Positions 40,640 to 51,041 of a stretch of DNA of 64,000 nt are shown here, one piece after another. Location: positions 87,266-151,265 of the forward strand of contig JACPWO010000001.1 in the NCBI GenBank assembly GCA_016197005.1. Direction: 5' to 3'. Each line of letters begins with the position of its first letter. The first letter of the stretch is position 1. Source of the stretch: Candidatus Anderseniibacteriota bacterium. GTDB lineage: Bacteria > Patescibacteriota > Andersenbacteria > UBA10190. The position numbers were made by a program, and so were the translations under genes. The notes below the pieces were generated by a model. It was not told the DNA's origin. It made no database searches and saw nothing but the letters and a program-made list of their open reading frames with translations.

Positions 40640-41200
40640 ATGCCATTATCTCAAGCTCAAGATGTATTTAATAAAGAGAAGGAGGAGGCCATCGAGTGGC
40701 TTCACAACGAAATTGGTTCACTGCGCTCCAACCGTGTAAAGCCAGATATTATTCTCAACCTTCAGGTGGAGGCCTATGGGACGCGGAATCAGATGCAAAG
40801 TATTGCGTCAGTAACGAGTAGTGATGCCCGAACACTTGTTATTTCTCCGTATGATAAAGGCACTATGCAGGCGATTGAAAAAGCAGTTACTGAAGCAAAT
40901 TTAGGAGTGCAGCCTATTGTCGAGGGTATGATCATTCGGTTAGTGTTTCCTTCATTAACTGATGAAGTCCGTAAACAAACACTGAAGCTTTTGCATAATA
41001 AAGTCGAAGAAGCTCGGGTCCGTATGCGACAAGGAAGAGATGAGGCTTTACGGCTCTTAAAACAGGAGCGAGAAAAGGGCGATTTGCCTGAAGATGATTT
41101 TTATAACGGCAAAGAAGAATTGGATAAAATGATTGGTGACGCCGGCAAAGAAGTTGACGCAATTGTCCAGAAAAAAGAGACCGATATAGCTGCAATTTAG
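40640..41200 (+). CDS. frr: Ribosome recycling factor
   Basis: LRSNR, VEAYG, DARTLVISPYDK and AIEKA motifs. Confidence 0.93.
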   Translation: MPLSQAQDVFNKEKEEAIEWLHNEIGSLRSNRVKPDIILNLQVEAYGTRNQMQSIASVTSSDARTLVISPYDKGTMQAIEKAVTEANLGVQPIVEGMIIRLVFPSLTDEVRKQTLKLLHNKVEEARVRMRQGRDEALRLLKQEREKGDLPEDDFYNGKEELDKMIGDAGKEVDAIVQKKETDIAAI

Positions 41201-41249
41201 CGAGAGGATACACTGGCGTCTGCGCTGTATTCGCGATACGCTGAAAGGC

Positions 41250-42323
41250 ATGCTTTTGGCTATTGTCGTATTTGTAGTCATGCTCCTTGTCCTCGTGCTC
41301 GTGCATGAGCTGGGGCATCTTTTAGCTGCAAAATGGGCTGGCTGCAAAGTAGAAGAATTTGGATTTGGTTTTCCGCCCAAACTTTTTTCTAGAATTTGGC
41401 GCGGAACCCGTTACTCATTTAACCTCTTACCACTCGGCGGATTCGTAAAAATTGAAGGAGAGAACATGGATGACCCGAATCCTTCTCCTACAAGTTTCGC
41501 ATCTAAGTCTGCCAGCCGGCGTGTATTTATCTTAGCCGCTGGTGTTCTTATGAATATTTTACTGGCGTATGTACTTCTGTCGTGGCAAGCCGCTATTGGC
41601 GCACCGACAGTCGTAACGGATGAAAATACTGCACAGCTCGTTGATCAGAAATCCTACATCCTAGATGTCGTACCTGGCTCTCCGGCCGAAGAAGCCGGCA
41701 TCAAGGCATTTGATCGGATTATTTCTATTGCGGGCATTCAAAATCCTTCCATCGAAGATATTAGTGCCAGTGTCGATGCTCGCTTAGGACGAGAAGTATC
41801 GCTCGAACTTAATCGCGAAGGAAAAAATATTGAGGTGTCAGTTGCCGCTCGAGAAAATCCACCCGAAGGAGAGGGAGCAATGGGCGTGAGTCTAGCTGCC
41901 ACCGGACTTATACAAGTACCATGGTGGCAGGCACCTGTTGCTGGCTTGGTCAGGACTGGGCAAATGTTTGCTGCGATTGTGAGTCAATTTGCTATCCTTG
42001 TGCAGCGTATTTTTAGCGAAGGCGTATTTGATGAGACACTTACTGGCCCGATTGGTATTGCCATTTATACTAACGAAGCTACTCATTTAGGCTTATCGTA
42101 TCTCCTTGAATTTACTGCCTTAATTAGTATTAACTTGGCCATTATTAATATTCTGCCCATTCCCGCTCTTGATGGTGGCCGTATTTTGTTCGTCGCGTTT
42201 GAGAAAGTATTGGGGCGCAAGCGAATCAACAAAGTGGAATACTATGCCCATACCGCCGGGTTTGTCCTATTAATTGCACTGATGGTACTCATTACTTTCA
42301 AAGACATTAAGAAATACTTCTGA
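41250..42323 (+). CDS. rseP: RIP metalloprotease RseP
   Basis: HELGH, PDZ domain and NILPIPALDGG motifs. Confidence 0.94.
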   Translation: MLLAIVVFVVMLLVLVLVHELGHLLAAKWAGCKVEEFGFGFPPKLFSRIWRGTRYSFNLLPLGGFVKIEGENMDDPNPSPTSFASKSASRRVFILAAGVLMNILLAYVLLSWQAAIGAPTVVTDENTAQLVDQKSYILDVVPGSPAEEAGIKAFDRIISIAGIQNPSIEDISASVDARLGREVSLELNREGKNIEVSVAARENPPEGEGAMGVSLAATGLIQVPWWQAPVAGLVRTGQMFAAIVSQFAILVQRIFSEGVFDETLTGPIGIAIYTNEATHLGLSYLLEFTALISINLAIINILPIPALDGGRILFVAFEKVLGRKRINKVEYYAHTAGFVLLIALMVLITFKDIKKYF

Positions 42324-42324
42324 C

Positions 42325-43566
42325 ATGCGCTACCAAGAAGCATTCATTAAAACAAGCAAGGGCGGAAAAGAATTCGACTCTGTAAACGCGACCCTCTTGC
42401 AAAAGGGGAGTTTTATTCATCAAACGATGGCGGGAGTATATACCTTTTTGCCATTAGGCTGGCGCGTTCTCACGAAAATTGAAAATATTGTACGTGAAGA
42501 AATGAACGCTATTGGTTCCGAACTTCTCATGCCGACGCTTTCACCGCGGAAATTATGGGAAACTACTAACCGTACTGGCATTGATGTTTTGCTGCAGGCA
42601 GTCGGTGCTAACGATGCCTCGCTGAAGAAGAATCCGGGTGGGTATATCGTGAACCCAACACACGAAGAGGTTATTACGCCAATTGCCCGACAAACGAAAC
42701 CGTCATATCGTGATTTGCCATTTGCGGTTTACCAAATTCAAACAAAATTCCGCAACGAAGAGCGACCAAAGTCGGGGCTCCTTCGGGGACGAGAGTTTCG
42801 GATGAAAGATTTATATAGTTTTCACGCGAGTAAAGAAGATTTGGACTCGTACTACGAGAAATCTAAGAGTGTCTACCAAGCAATATTTGAACACATTGGC
42901 TTAGGAAACGATACTGTTATCGCTCTGGCTTCAGGCGGAGACTTTACGAAAGATTTTTCTCACGAGTTTCAAACAAAGTGCGAAGCCGGTGAAGACCTCA
43001 TTTACCATGATGAAGCCCAAGGTGTGTATTACAACAAAGAAGTAGCTCCAGCTGAACTACAAAAGAAGATTGAGCCATTTGCTGCCTGTGAAGTCGGTAA
43101 TATTTTTCCACTCGGTACAAAATTCACCGAAGCGTTTGACTATACCTATACTGACGAAAGTGGCCAGAAACAACCGGTCTTTATGGCATGCTACGGCATT
43201 GGTACAAGCCGCGTGATGGGAGTCATTGTCGAAAAATTCCACGATGATCGCGGTATTACCTGGCCGGATGCAGTTGCTCCTTTTACGGTTCACCTTGTTT
43301 CTTTACCAAAAGGCAATCCCGCAATCAGCAAACAGGCTGAAGAAATATATCAGGCACTTATGGGTGCCGGAATCGACGTGCTCTTTGATGACCGTCCCGA
43401 TGCTGCTCCTGGTGAGAAATTTGCTGATGCGGACCTCCTTGGTTGCCCGTGGCGAGTGGTCGTTTCTGAAAAAACAGGTGAGAATATTGAGCTCAAACGC
43501 CGATCGGAAAAAGAATTTGAAATTATTACGCTTGATAAAGCCGTAAATCGTATTCATGGAGCATGA
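42325..43566 (+). CDS. proS: Proline-tRNA ligase, short form
   Basis: PTHEEV, KFRNEERP.SGLLRGREF and CYGIG motifs. Confidence 0.94.
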   Translation: MRYQEAFIKTSKGGKEFDSVNATLLQKGSFIHQTMAGVYTFLPLGWRVLTKIENIVREEMNAIGSELLMPTLSPRKLWETTNRTGIDVLLQAVGANDASLKKNPGGYIVNPTHEEVITPIARQTKPSYRDLPFAVYQIQTKFRNEERPKSGLLRGREFRMKDLYSFHASKEDLDSYYEKSKSVYQAIFEHIGLGNDTVIALASGGDFTKDFSHEFQTKCEAGEDLIYHDEAQGVYYNKEVAPAELQKKIEPFAACEVGNIFPLGTKFTEAFDYTYTDESGQKQPVFMACYGIGTSRVMGVIVEKFHDDRGITWPDAVAPFTVHLVSLPKGNPAISKQAEEIYQALMGAGIDVLFDDRPDAAPGEKFADADLLGCPWRVVVSEKTGENIELKRRSEKEFEIITLDKAVNRIHGA

Positions 43567-44621
43567 GAGTTTTTAACAATTTCTTAGGCCGATTTTCTCA
43601 GGATATCGGCATCGACTTGGGAACGGCGAATACTCTCGTCTACGTCCGTGGCCAGGGCATCGTTATTAACGAACCGTCAGTAGTGGCCCTTAATCTTAAG
43701 ACGAAGCAAGTCCTCGCCATTGGAAAAGAAGCACAACGGATGGTCGGAAAAACACCGTCTCATATTGTTGCTGTGCGGCCACTTAAAGACGGCGTTATTT
43801 CCGACTTCGAAGTAACTGAGCAGATGCTGAGTTACTTTATCCAAAAAGTACACGAAGATAACTTTCGCTTTTGGCCACGGCCGCGCATCGTTATTGGTAT
43901 TCCTTCATCGGTTACTGAGGTAGAGCGGCGCGCAGTTGAAGAAGCAAGTCTTCGCGCTGGTGCACGATCAGTATTTCTCATTGAGGAATCCATGGCGGCA
44001 GCAATTGGTGCACGGATGCCAATTCATGACGCCCGTGGCAACATTATTGTCGACATTGGCGGTGGAACAACTGATATTTCCGTTATTTCCTTGGGTGGCA
44101 TTGTTATTAACAAAACACTGCGCGTCGCTGGCGACGAGATGAACGAGAACATTGTTCAGTATGTTCGCGACCACTTTAACATGTTGGTGGGTGAACGAAC
44201 GGCCGAAGAAATAAAGATTCGGATTGGCTCAGCCGCTGAAATGCCGGAAGGATTAGAGACCCCGCTGCGCGGGCGGGACTTAGTTACTGGATTACCCAAA
44301 GAAATCATTATTAATTCAGCCCAAATTCGTGAAGCCATTCGTCGTTCCGTTACTATTATTACTGACGCTATAAAGGCAGCAGTTGAGGTAACACCCCCAG
44401 AATTGTTATCTGATATTATTGAGCATGGTATTCATTTGGCCGGTGGAGGCGCACTGCTCCGCGGTCTTGATCAAGTAATCCAACAAGCAACCCAAATTCG
44501 CACGGTTACAGTCGATGATCCGCTGACGGCGGTAGTACGAGGGACAGGTATTGTCTTGGAAGACCTTGAGGCTCTACAAGAAGTTCTCCTGCCTAGTGTT
44601 CACAATCAGCGCCTAAAGTAA
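43563..44621 (+). CDS. mreB: Rod shape-determining protein MreB
   Basis: IGIDLGTANT and DIGGGTT motifs; first gene of the mreBCD-mrdA cluster. Confidence 0.95.
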   Translation: MRVFNNFLGRFSQDIGIDLGTANTLVYVRGQGIVINEPSVVALNLKTKQVLAIGKEAQRMVGKTPSHIVAVRPLKDGVISDFEVTEQMLSYFIQKVHEDNFRFWPRPRIVIGIPSSVTEVERRAVEEASLRAGARSVFLIEESMAAAIGARMPIHDARGNIIVDIGGGTTDISVISLGGIVINKTLRVAGDEMNENIVQYVRDHFNMLVGERTAEEIKIRIGSAAEMPEGLETPLRGRDLVTGLPKEIIINSAQIREAIRRSVTIITDAIKAAVEVTPPELLSDIIEHGIHLAGGGALLRGLDQVIQQATQIRTVTVDDPLTAVVRGTGIVLEDLEALQEVLLPSVHNQRLK

Positions 44622-44622
44622 T

Positions 44623-45387
44623 ATGGAGCGGCGTAACAGTTTTGCCATTGGAATCTTGGCACTGCTTGCCGGCATTCTACTGTTTTTCCAGACACCAATC
44701 ATGGAGACCGCTCGCTTCAAAGCCTGGGATCTTCTCACTTCAGCTTCCGCGTTCGTTTTCAGCATTGAAGACGCTCAGCAAGAAGAATCACTACCCGAGG
44801 AGCTCAGTCGCCTACAAGCAGAAAACACGCGTCTGAAGGCCGAGGGAGCCGATTACCGACGCCTCCGTCGCCAGCTTGGCACTCCGGAAATAGCTGATGT
44901 TCGTCTCCTGGCGGCCGCGGTAGTAGGACGACCAATTGAGACCTATCAATCGATTATTATTATTTCCCGCGGTACCGCCGATGGTATTTCTATTGGAGAT
45001 CCCGCTGTTGTGTTTGGAAATGTACTCGTCGGCTTCATTTCTGCCACTCATGAGCACAGTGCTGAACTAACGAGTTTGTATCATCCAAGCGTTTCTGTTC
45101 CCGCCGAAGCGGTGAATAATGATGAGGAAGCCCCCGCCGCTCGTGGTCTGCTCACCAGTTCTTTTTATTCCGCTCTTCGCCTTACCACCGTACCGAAAGA
45201 TACTACGCTTTCCGTGGATCAGAGTGTTGTTACCACCGCTGATGGTAGTAAAGTTCCGTATGGCTTACTAGTAGGTCAAATAGAATCAGTAAAAAATGAG
45301 GAGTTTGATCCCTATCAAGAAGCTCGTATTAAAGTTCCGTATGACCTGGACACTATTGATGTTGTAACCATCTTAACTCAACCATGA
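44623..45387 (+). CDS. mreC: Rod shape-determining protein MreC
   Basis: TM plus coiled coil, G.ADGI, LVG and VVTT...PYGL.VG motifs; gene context. Confidence 0.85.
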   Translation: MERRNSFAIGILALLAGILLFFQTPIMETARFKAWDLLTSASAFVFSIEDAQQEESLPEELSRLQAENTRLKAEGADYRRLRRQLGTPEIADVRLLAAAVVGRPIETYQSIIIISRGTADGISIGDPAVVFGNVLVGFISATHEHSAELTSLYHPSVSVPAEAVNNDEEAPAARGLLTSSFYSALRLTTVPKDTTLSVDQSVVTTADGSKVPYGLLVGQIESVKNEEFDPYQEARIKVPYDLDTIDVVTILTQP

Positions 45388-45815
45388 GGCCAGTTATTGT
45401 CTTCGGAGGATTGGCTCTTTTGCATACCCTGGTGCAAACAAGCCTCCTTTCGCCGTTTTTATTTCCCCTGTCAGCGGCATTTGTTATGAGTACGATCGAG
45501 CCACGGATTCTCTTACTTCTCATATCCGGCACCATACTTGAGTTTTTTTCTTCGTTGCCGCCGGGTTTACTTCTTATAAGTATGTTAACTCCACTCGCCG
45601 CCCAACTTGTATTTGGGAAAATGACACCACAATTTTCTTGGCGTTTTCTCTTGGTAGCAGTAGCAGTTACCCTGCTGCAAGTGATTGTTATAGTGAGTGT
45701 ACCCGTGATTACCTATAGCAGCAGTACTCTTGCGCTGCCAAGTATCCTTTGGCTTGCTGGGGGTACTGCTCTGACATCATTTTTAGGAGCAGCTTTTTGG
45801 CATGAATATGAATAA
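45384..45815 (+). CDS. mreD: MreD-like membrane protein
   Basis: Very hydrophobic 143-aa ORF between mreC and mrdA; call rests on position. Confidence 0.6.
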   Translation: MRPVIVFGGLALLHTLVQTSLLSPFLFPLSAAFVMSTIEPRILLLLISGTILEFFSSLPPGLLLISMLTPLAAQLVFGKMTPQFSWRFLLVAVAVTLLQVIVIVSVPVITYSSSTLALPSILWLAGGTALTSFLGAAFWHEYE

Positions 45816-47622
45816 ATATCATACTTCTTCGACAGATTTCCTCATTGAAGGGACGCGGGCACTGCCGGCGAGGACTCATCTTCGTTATGGCGTGCCAGCG
45901 GTGGCTATGGCGTTGGTCGTAGTACTGCTAGCTGGGCGGAGTTTTTATTTACAAGTTGTACAGGGAGCGTCTTTTCGAGACCGGGCCGAGAATAACCGCA
46001 TTCATGAAATAAGTATTGAAGCTCCTCGCGGAATTATTTATGACCGGACAGGAAAACAGCTCGTCAGTAATATTCCAGCAACCGACTTAGTTCTCGACCC
46101 CATATTATTGCCCCCACAAGAAGAAGAAACGGCTCTCATTGAAAATTTACTGCAGCTTATACCTGAGCTTTCGCCAGAACAGGTAAAAAATGCACTGCAG
46201 GACTGTCGAACGAGGGGGCGAGAGATTATAATTGCAAAGGCGCTATCACACGATAAAGTCTTACAGCTTCAGGAATCTGAAGCCACTATCCGCGGCACTC
46301 GGCTGGCATCATCACTGGTAAGGGATTATTCACCGGCTCATGCTATGGCTCACGTCCTAGGATATACCAGCCTCGTATCCGACGAGGATCTCACTAAAAA
46401 TCCAGATCTCCTGCTGCGTGATCAAATCGGCAAAAGTGGAATTGAAAAACAATATGACAAGGTCCTCCGCGGACAGCCAGGGGTATCGTACCGGGAAGTG
46501 AATGCGAGTGGACGTCCACAAACTGACCTTGGCGTGACAAATCCTGTGGCCGGACAAGATATTTCGCTAACGCTCGATTCTGAATTACAAGAGTTCATCT
46601 TTGGACTCTTTTCGGAACGAGACGGTAAGCGTAAAGAGGGAGATGCTGTTGTTAAAGGTGCAGCCGTAGTAGTCGATCCGCGCAATGGCGAGGTACTCGC
46701 AGCGGTTAGTTATCCTTCTTTTGATCCCAATGCATTTTCCCAAGGCGGTAATAAAGGAGCAGCTGCCATTATGGATGCAAACCAACCATTGTTTAATCGA
46801 TTTTCTGATGGTACCTACGCGTCTGGATCAATCATTAAGCCGTACCTCGCGGCGGCGGCTCTTGAAGAAAATTTAATTACACCGCAGACCACCTTAGTAT
46901 CTACTGGTGGCATAAGAATCGGCCCCTGGTTCTTTCCTGATTGGAAAGCTGGCGGGCACGGCGTCACGAATGTTACGAAAGCACTGGCTGAATCGGTAAA
47001 TACATTTTTCTATGCTATTACTGGCGGCTGGGAAGGACAGAGTGGCTTAGGGGTAGAGCGAGCAAAAAGTTATATGGAAAAATTCGGTTGGGGTACCCCG
47101 ACCGGCGTAGATTTACCTTCTGAAGCAAGCGGCTTTCTGCCGAGCCCCGACTGGAAGGAAGAAGTAAAGGGGGAGTCGTGGTACGTCGGAGATACCTATC
47201 ATTTTGGAATTGGGCAGGGAGATATATTGGTAACGCCCCTACAAGTTGCTGCCTCAACTGCCGCGATCGCCGATGGAAAATACTTGCGCCGTCCGCACTT
47301 TGTTGCTGGAGAAGATAACCGCAAACAACTTCCTATTTCTGCTACCAACATGCAAGTAGTTAGAGCCGGTATGCGACAAACGGTAACTGAGGGATCGGGG
47401 CGAGCGCTGGAGAGTCTGCCGCTGCCAATTGCTGGTAAGACAGGAACAGCTCAGGTTGGAGGCGTGGAAGATACCCACGCGTGGTTTACAAGCTTTGCGC
47501 CCTACGATAACCCACAGTTTGTCGTGACTGTTCTACTAGAGCGAGGAGGAGCAGGAGACGTTGATGCCGTGCCGGTGGCCAAAGAAATTTGGCAGTGGCT
47601 TATCGAAAATAGGCAGCCATAA
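45802..47622 (+). CDS. mrdA: Penicillin-binding protein 2
   Basis: APRGIIYDR, SxxK (SIIK), SVN and KTGT motifs. Confidence 0.93.
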   Translation: MNMNKYHTSSTDFLIEGTRALPARTHLRYGVPAVAMALVVVLLAGRSFYLQVVQGASFRDRAENNRIHEISIEAPRGIIYDRTGKQLVSNIPATDLVLDPILLPPQEEETALIENLLQLIPELSPEQVKNALQDCRTRGREIIIAKALSHDKVLQLQESEATIRGTRLASSLVRDYSPAHAMAHVLGYTSLVSDEDLTKNPDLLLRDQIGKSGIEKQYDKVLRGQPGVSYREVNASGRPQTDLGVTNPVAGQDISLTLDSELQEFIFGLFSERDGKRKEGDAVVKGAAVVVDPRNGEVLAAVSYPSFDPNAFSQGGNKGAAAIMDANQPLFNRFSDGTYASGSIIKPYLAAAALEENLITPQTTLVSTGGIRIGPWFFPDWKAGGHGVTNVTKALAESVNTFFYAITGGWEGQSGLGVERAKSYMEKFGWGTPTGVDLPSEASGFLPSPDWKEEVKGESWYVGDTYHFGIGQGDILVTPLQVAASTAAIADGKYLRRPHFVAGEDNRKQLPISATNMQVVRAGMRQTVTEGSGRALESLPLPIAGKTGTAQVGGVEDTHAWFTSFAPYDNPQFVVTVLLERGGAGDVDAVPVAKEIWQWLIENRQP

Positions 47623-47663
47623 CCCTTTGTCAACAGGTTTTGGCAGTTTGTGTAAAAACCTTC

Positions 47664-47691
47664 TTGACCTTGCCACCCAATTGGCTAAACT
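47664..47691 (+). promoter_or_regulatory. greA promoter
   Basis: TTGACC-16 nt-TAAACT. Confidence 0.55.
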
Positions 47692-47739
47692 ACTTTTCAC
47701 TGCACGGATGTAGTGCGGTTTTATTTACGAATATTACCT

Positions 47740-48195
47740 ATGAAAGAGCAGTATCTTACAAAAGAAGGATTGACTGAAATTAGAGACCGGCTTCATACCT
47801 TAAAAACGGTACGACGTCGCGAAATTGCCGATGCCATTCACACTGCTAAAGAACAGGGAGATCTGTCCGAAAACGCTGAATATGCCAGCGCCAAGGAAGA
47901 ACAAACAAAACTCGAGCAGGAAATTGCTGCCATTGAAGACACCTTGAAACATGCACAGGTTATTGCTAAAGGAACGGATGGCGAAGTTGGTATTGGTAAT
48001 ACCGTAACGCTTAAATGGGGTCGTGCCGAAAAAGTCTTTCGCATTGTTGGTTCGAACGAGGCTAACCCACTTGAAGGAAAGATCAGTAACGAATCTCCAA
48101 TCGGTCAGGCACTCATTGGCCGTAAAAAGGGTGAGGCAGTTAGCATTCCAACACCAAGCGGCGAAAAAGAATGCATCGTTAAAGCCATCGCCTAA
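47740..48195 (+). CDS. greA: Transcription elongation factor GreA
   Basis: GDLSENAEY and ISNESPIGQAL motifs. Confidence 0.96.
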   Translation: MKEQYLTKEGLTEIRDRLHTLKTVRRREIADAIHTAKEQGDLSENAEYASAKEEQTKLEQEIAAIEDTLKHAQVIAKGTDGEVGIGNTVTLKWGRAEKVFRIVGSNEANPLEGKISNESPIGQALIGRKKGEAVSIPTPSGEKECIVKAIA

Positions 48196-48222
48196 GCTTG
48201 CTTAATCTACAAAAGGAGTAAC

Positions 48223-48253
48223 GTACCGTCGCAAACGGTACTTTTCTCTTTTT
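48223..48253 (+). terminator. Intrinsic terminator after greA
   Basis: GTACCGT/ACGGTAC stem followed by a T tract. Confidence 0.7.
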
Positions 48254-48276
48254 GTGTTTCGCTTTACGCTTCCTAC

Positions 48277-49743
48277 ATGGCTTTAGAGCGATTGGAAGAA
48301 ATTCGCGATCTGCGACTTAAAAAACGACAACAGCTTATTGCAGCTGGAAAACCACCATACCCATCAGAGGCCAGACGTACCCACACGGTAGCGGAAGCTC
48401 TGAAAAATTTTAGCAGTCTTTCTACCGACAAACAGGCAATCATGCTGACTGGTCGAGTGATGGCAGTGCGAGCCCATGGCGGCGTGATTTTTATTGATCT
48501 TCATGATCAATCTGGAGCAATACAACTCCAAGCCAACAAGAAGACGCTGGCAGAAGCAGAGTTCTCACAAGTAAAAGCGCTGGATAGCGGTGACTTTGTG
48601 CAAGTGGCCGGCTTCTTAACAAAGACCCAACGCGGAGTTGAAACGGTAGAAATAACGGAAATAACCCTTATTAGCAAAGCGATTCGACCACTGCCAGATA
48701 ATTGGTATGGTTTAAAGGATATTGAAACGCGGTATCGCCAACGAGAAGTAGACTTGCTCATGAACCCCGCCGTTCGTTCAGTGTTTGAAACAAAGGCGAA
48801 AACTATTTCTGCTTTGCGTGCGTATTTAGAAAAAGAAGGATTTACTGAAGTTGAAACTCCAGTACTACAATCAATCGCTGGTGGCGCAGCAGCTAAACCA
48901 TTCACGACTCATCATAATGCCTTGGATATGTCACTGACTCTGCGCATTGCTCCCGAGTTGTATCTAAAACGTCTGCTGGTCGGTGGATTTGAGAAAGTGT
49001 ATGAAATTGGACGTAATTTTCGCAATGAAGGTATTAGTCGACAGCACAATCCTGAATTTACGATGCTTGAATTCTACTGGGCTTATGCCGATTACGAAGA
49101 CTTAATGGATTTTACCGAACACTTGCTACAAACAATTACGAAGGCGATCACGGGCAACATGGAAACGGCCTGGCAGGATACTCAGCTAAATTGGAAATCT
49201 ATTACTCGTCAACGCTACGTTGATATTGTAAGTGACAGGCTAGACCTTAACATTCTGGAAGAGAAAGATCCAAATGCATACCTAGAAATTTTCAAACGAG
49301 AAGGCCTAGAAGCACCAACTGTTCGGACGTATGCAAAAGTGGTTGATGAGCTGTACAAAGCGCTCGTTCGTCCTGGAATTGTCCAGCCAACTATATTATA
49401 TGATTACCCCGTAGAAATGGTCCCCCTGGCAAAAACTTCGCTCGCTGATAGTCGGATAGCAGAAATGTTTCAACTAGTAGTAGCTGGAACCGAACTAGTA
49501 AAAGCTTACAGTGAGCTTAATGATCCTGTCATTCAGCGGGAACGGTTTGAAGAACAGCAAAAGGCACGCGCGGCGGGAGATGAGGAAATGCCACCTATTG
49601 ATGAAAGTTATATTCGCGCCTTGGAATATGGTATGCCGCCAGCTGGTGGATTGGGATTAGGTGTTGATCGACTGATTATGCTACTCACCAACACCTCAAA
49701 CCTGCGCGACACTATTTTATTCCCGCTTCTTAAGAATGAATAG
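48277..49743 (+). CDS. lysS: Lysine-tRNA ligase, class II
   Basis: LRIAPELYLKRL, FRNEG...HNPEFT and GLGVDRL motifs. Confidence 0.97.
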   Translation: MALERLEEIRDLRLKKRQQLIAAGKPPYPSEARRTHTVAEALKNFSSLSTDKQAIMLTGRVMAVRAHGGVIFIDLHDQSGAIQLQANKKTLAEAEFSQVKALDSGDFVQVAGFLTKTQRGVETVEITEITLISKAIRPLPDNWYGLKDIETRYRQREVDLLMNPAVRSVFETKAKTISALRAYLEKEGFTEVETPVLQSIAGGAAAKPFTTHHNALDMSLTLRIAPELYLKRLLVGGFEKVYEIGRNFRNEGISRQHNPEFTMLEFYWAYADYEDLMDFTEHLLQTITKAITGNMETAWQDTQLNWKSITRQRYVDIVSDRLDLNILEEKDPNAYLEIFKREGLEAPTVRTYAKVVDELYKALVRPGIVQPTILYDYPVEMVPLAKTSLADSRIAEMFQLVVAGTELVKAYSELNDPVIQRERFEEQQKARAAGDEEMPPIDESYIRALEYGMPPAGGLGLGVDRLIMLLTNTSNLRDTILFPLLKNE

Positions 49744-49745
49744 CC

Positions 49746-50999
49746 ATGATTGATATTGAAGCAATTCGATCTACCACTGAGGCGGTTGCAAAAAACTTAG
49801 CTCGACGAGGCGTGCCCAAAGAGCAGGTTGAGGCACTGGCTGCTTTGGATACGAAATGGCGTCGTTTAACCGAATCGACTGATGCGCTGCGTTCCCAGCA
49901 AAACGTTGCTAACAAAGAAATCTCGGCAGCATCTGGTGAGGAGCGACAAAAACTTATCACCACTATGAAAACAGCAGCACAGGAGCTTAAGCAAACTGAG
50001 AATGAACTTCAACAGGTGGCGGCTGACCGCCTATCCGCCTGGCGACAACTACCAAACCTCGTAGCGGATGATGTTCCTGAAGGCGGTGAACAAGATTTTG
50101 CTGTTGTTACAGAAGTTGGGTCACCCGCGCAGGATAAACAACGAAAACATTACTTAGATCTTGTTCCTTCTCTCGTTGACCTTGATCGAGCCGCCAAAGT
50201 CTCTGGCAGTCGATTCGTCTATCTCAAAGGTCAGCTCGCCCGACTGGAGTTTGCCCTTGTTTCATACGCAATGGATGTTCTAAGCGAGAAGGGTTTTACT
50301 CCCGTTGTTCCGCCTGTGCTTCTGAAAGAAGAGGCAATGGCGGGCATGGGATACCTTGATCACGATGGCGATGAAATCTACCGCACTCAAGACGACCTGT
50401 ATTTAGCCGGAACGAGCGAGCAGCCAATTGGTGCCATGCATAGTGATGAAATACTGGACCTTGCGGCGCTACCAGCCCGCTATGTTGGTTTCTCTACGTG
50501 TTTTCGTCGCGAAGCCGGCAGTCACGGCAAAGACGTACGCGGCATGCTACGTGTACATCAGTTTGATAAGGTAGAAATGTTTAGCCTAACGACACCAGAC
50601 AAATCTACTGAGGAACATGAATTTATTCTGGAAATGCAGCGCGCGCTGCTCAATAGCCTGCAATTACCATACCGCGTTATCAACATTGCGACCGGTGACT
50701 TGGGAGCTCCCGCCACGAAGAAATATGATATTGAAACGTGGCTACCCGGAGAAGGAGTCTACCGTGAGACAAATTCAGCGAGTAACACCACTGATTATCA
50801 ATCCCGTCGTTTAAATATTAGGTACCGTACTGGGGAAGGAAAGAAACAATACGTTCATATGTTAAACGGTACTGCGTTTGCAATCGGGCGTATATTGATT
50901 GCACTGACCGAAAACCATCAGCAAGCCGACGGTTCCATTGTTATTCCTGAAGCCCTGCATCCGTATCTGCCGTTTACCTCTATTGCTGCTCCCGAGTAA
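49746..50999 (+). CDS. serS: Serine-tRNA ligase
   Basis: GTSE, CFRREAG and HMLNGT motifs. Confidence 0.97.
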   Translation: MIDIEAIRSTTEAVAKNLARRGVPKEQVEALAALDTKWRRLTESTDALRSQQNVANKEISAASGEERQKLITTMKTAAQELKQTENELQQVAADRLSAWRQLPNLVADDVPEGGEQDFAVVTEVGSPAQDKQRKHYLDLVPSLVDLDRAAKVSGSRFVYLKGQLARLEFALVSYAMDVLSEKGFTPVVPPVLLKEEAMAGMGYLDHDGDEIYRTQDDLYLAGTSEQPIGAMHSDEILDLAALPARYVGFSTCFRREAGSHGKDVRGMLRVHQFDKVEMFSLTTPDKSTEEHEFILEMQRALLNSLQLPYRVINIATGDLGAPATKKYDIETWLPGEGVYRETNSASNTTDYQSRRLNIRYRTGEGKKQYVHMLNGTAFAIGRILIALTENHQQADGSIVIPEALHPYLPFTSIAAPE

Positions 51000-51041
51000 A
51001 CTCCTAGTTACGATTTAAGCGTAAGTCGTTACTATACGTAC

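Noticed and set aside
31614-44621. Two mreB paralogs as a novelty
   Set aside because: Multiple MreB paralogs are common, and both look intact and ordinary.
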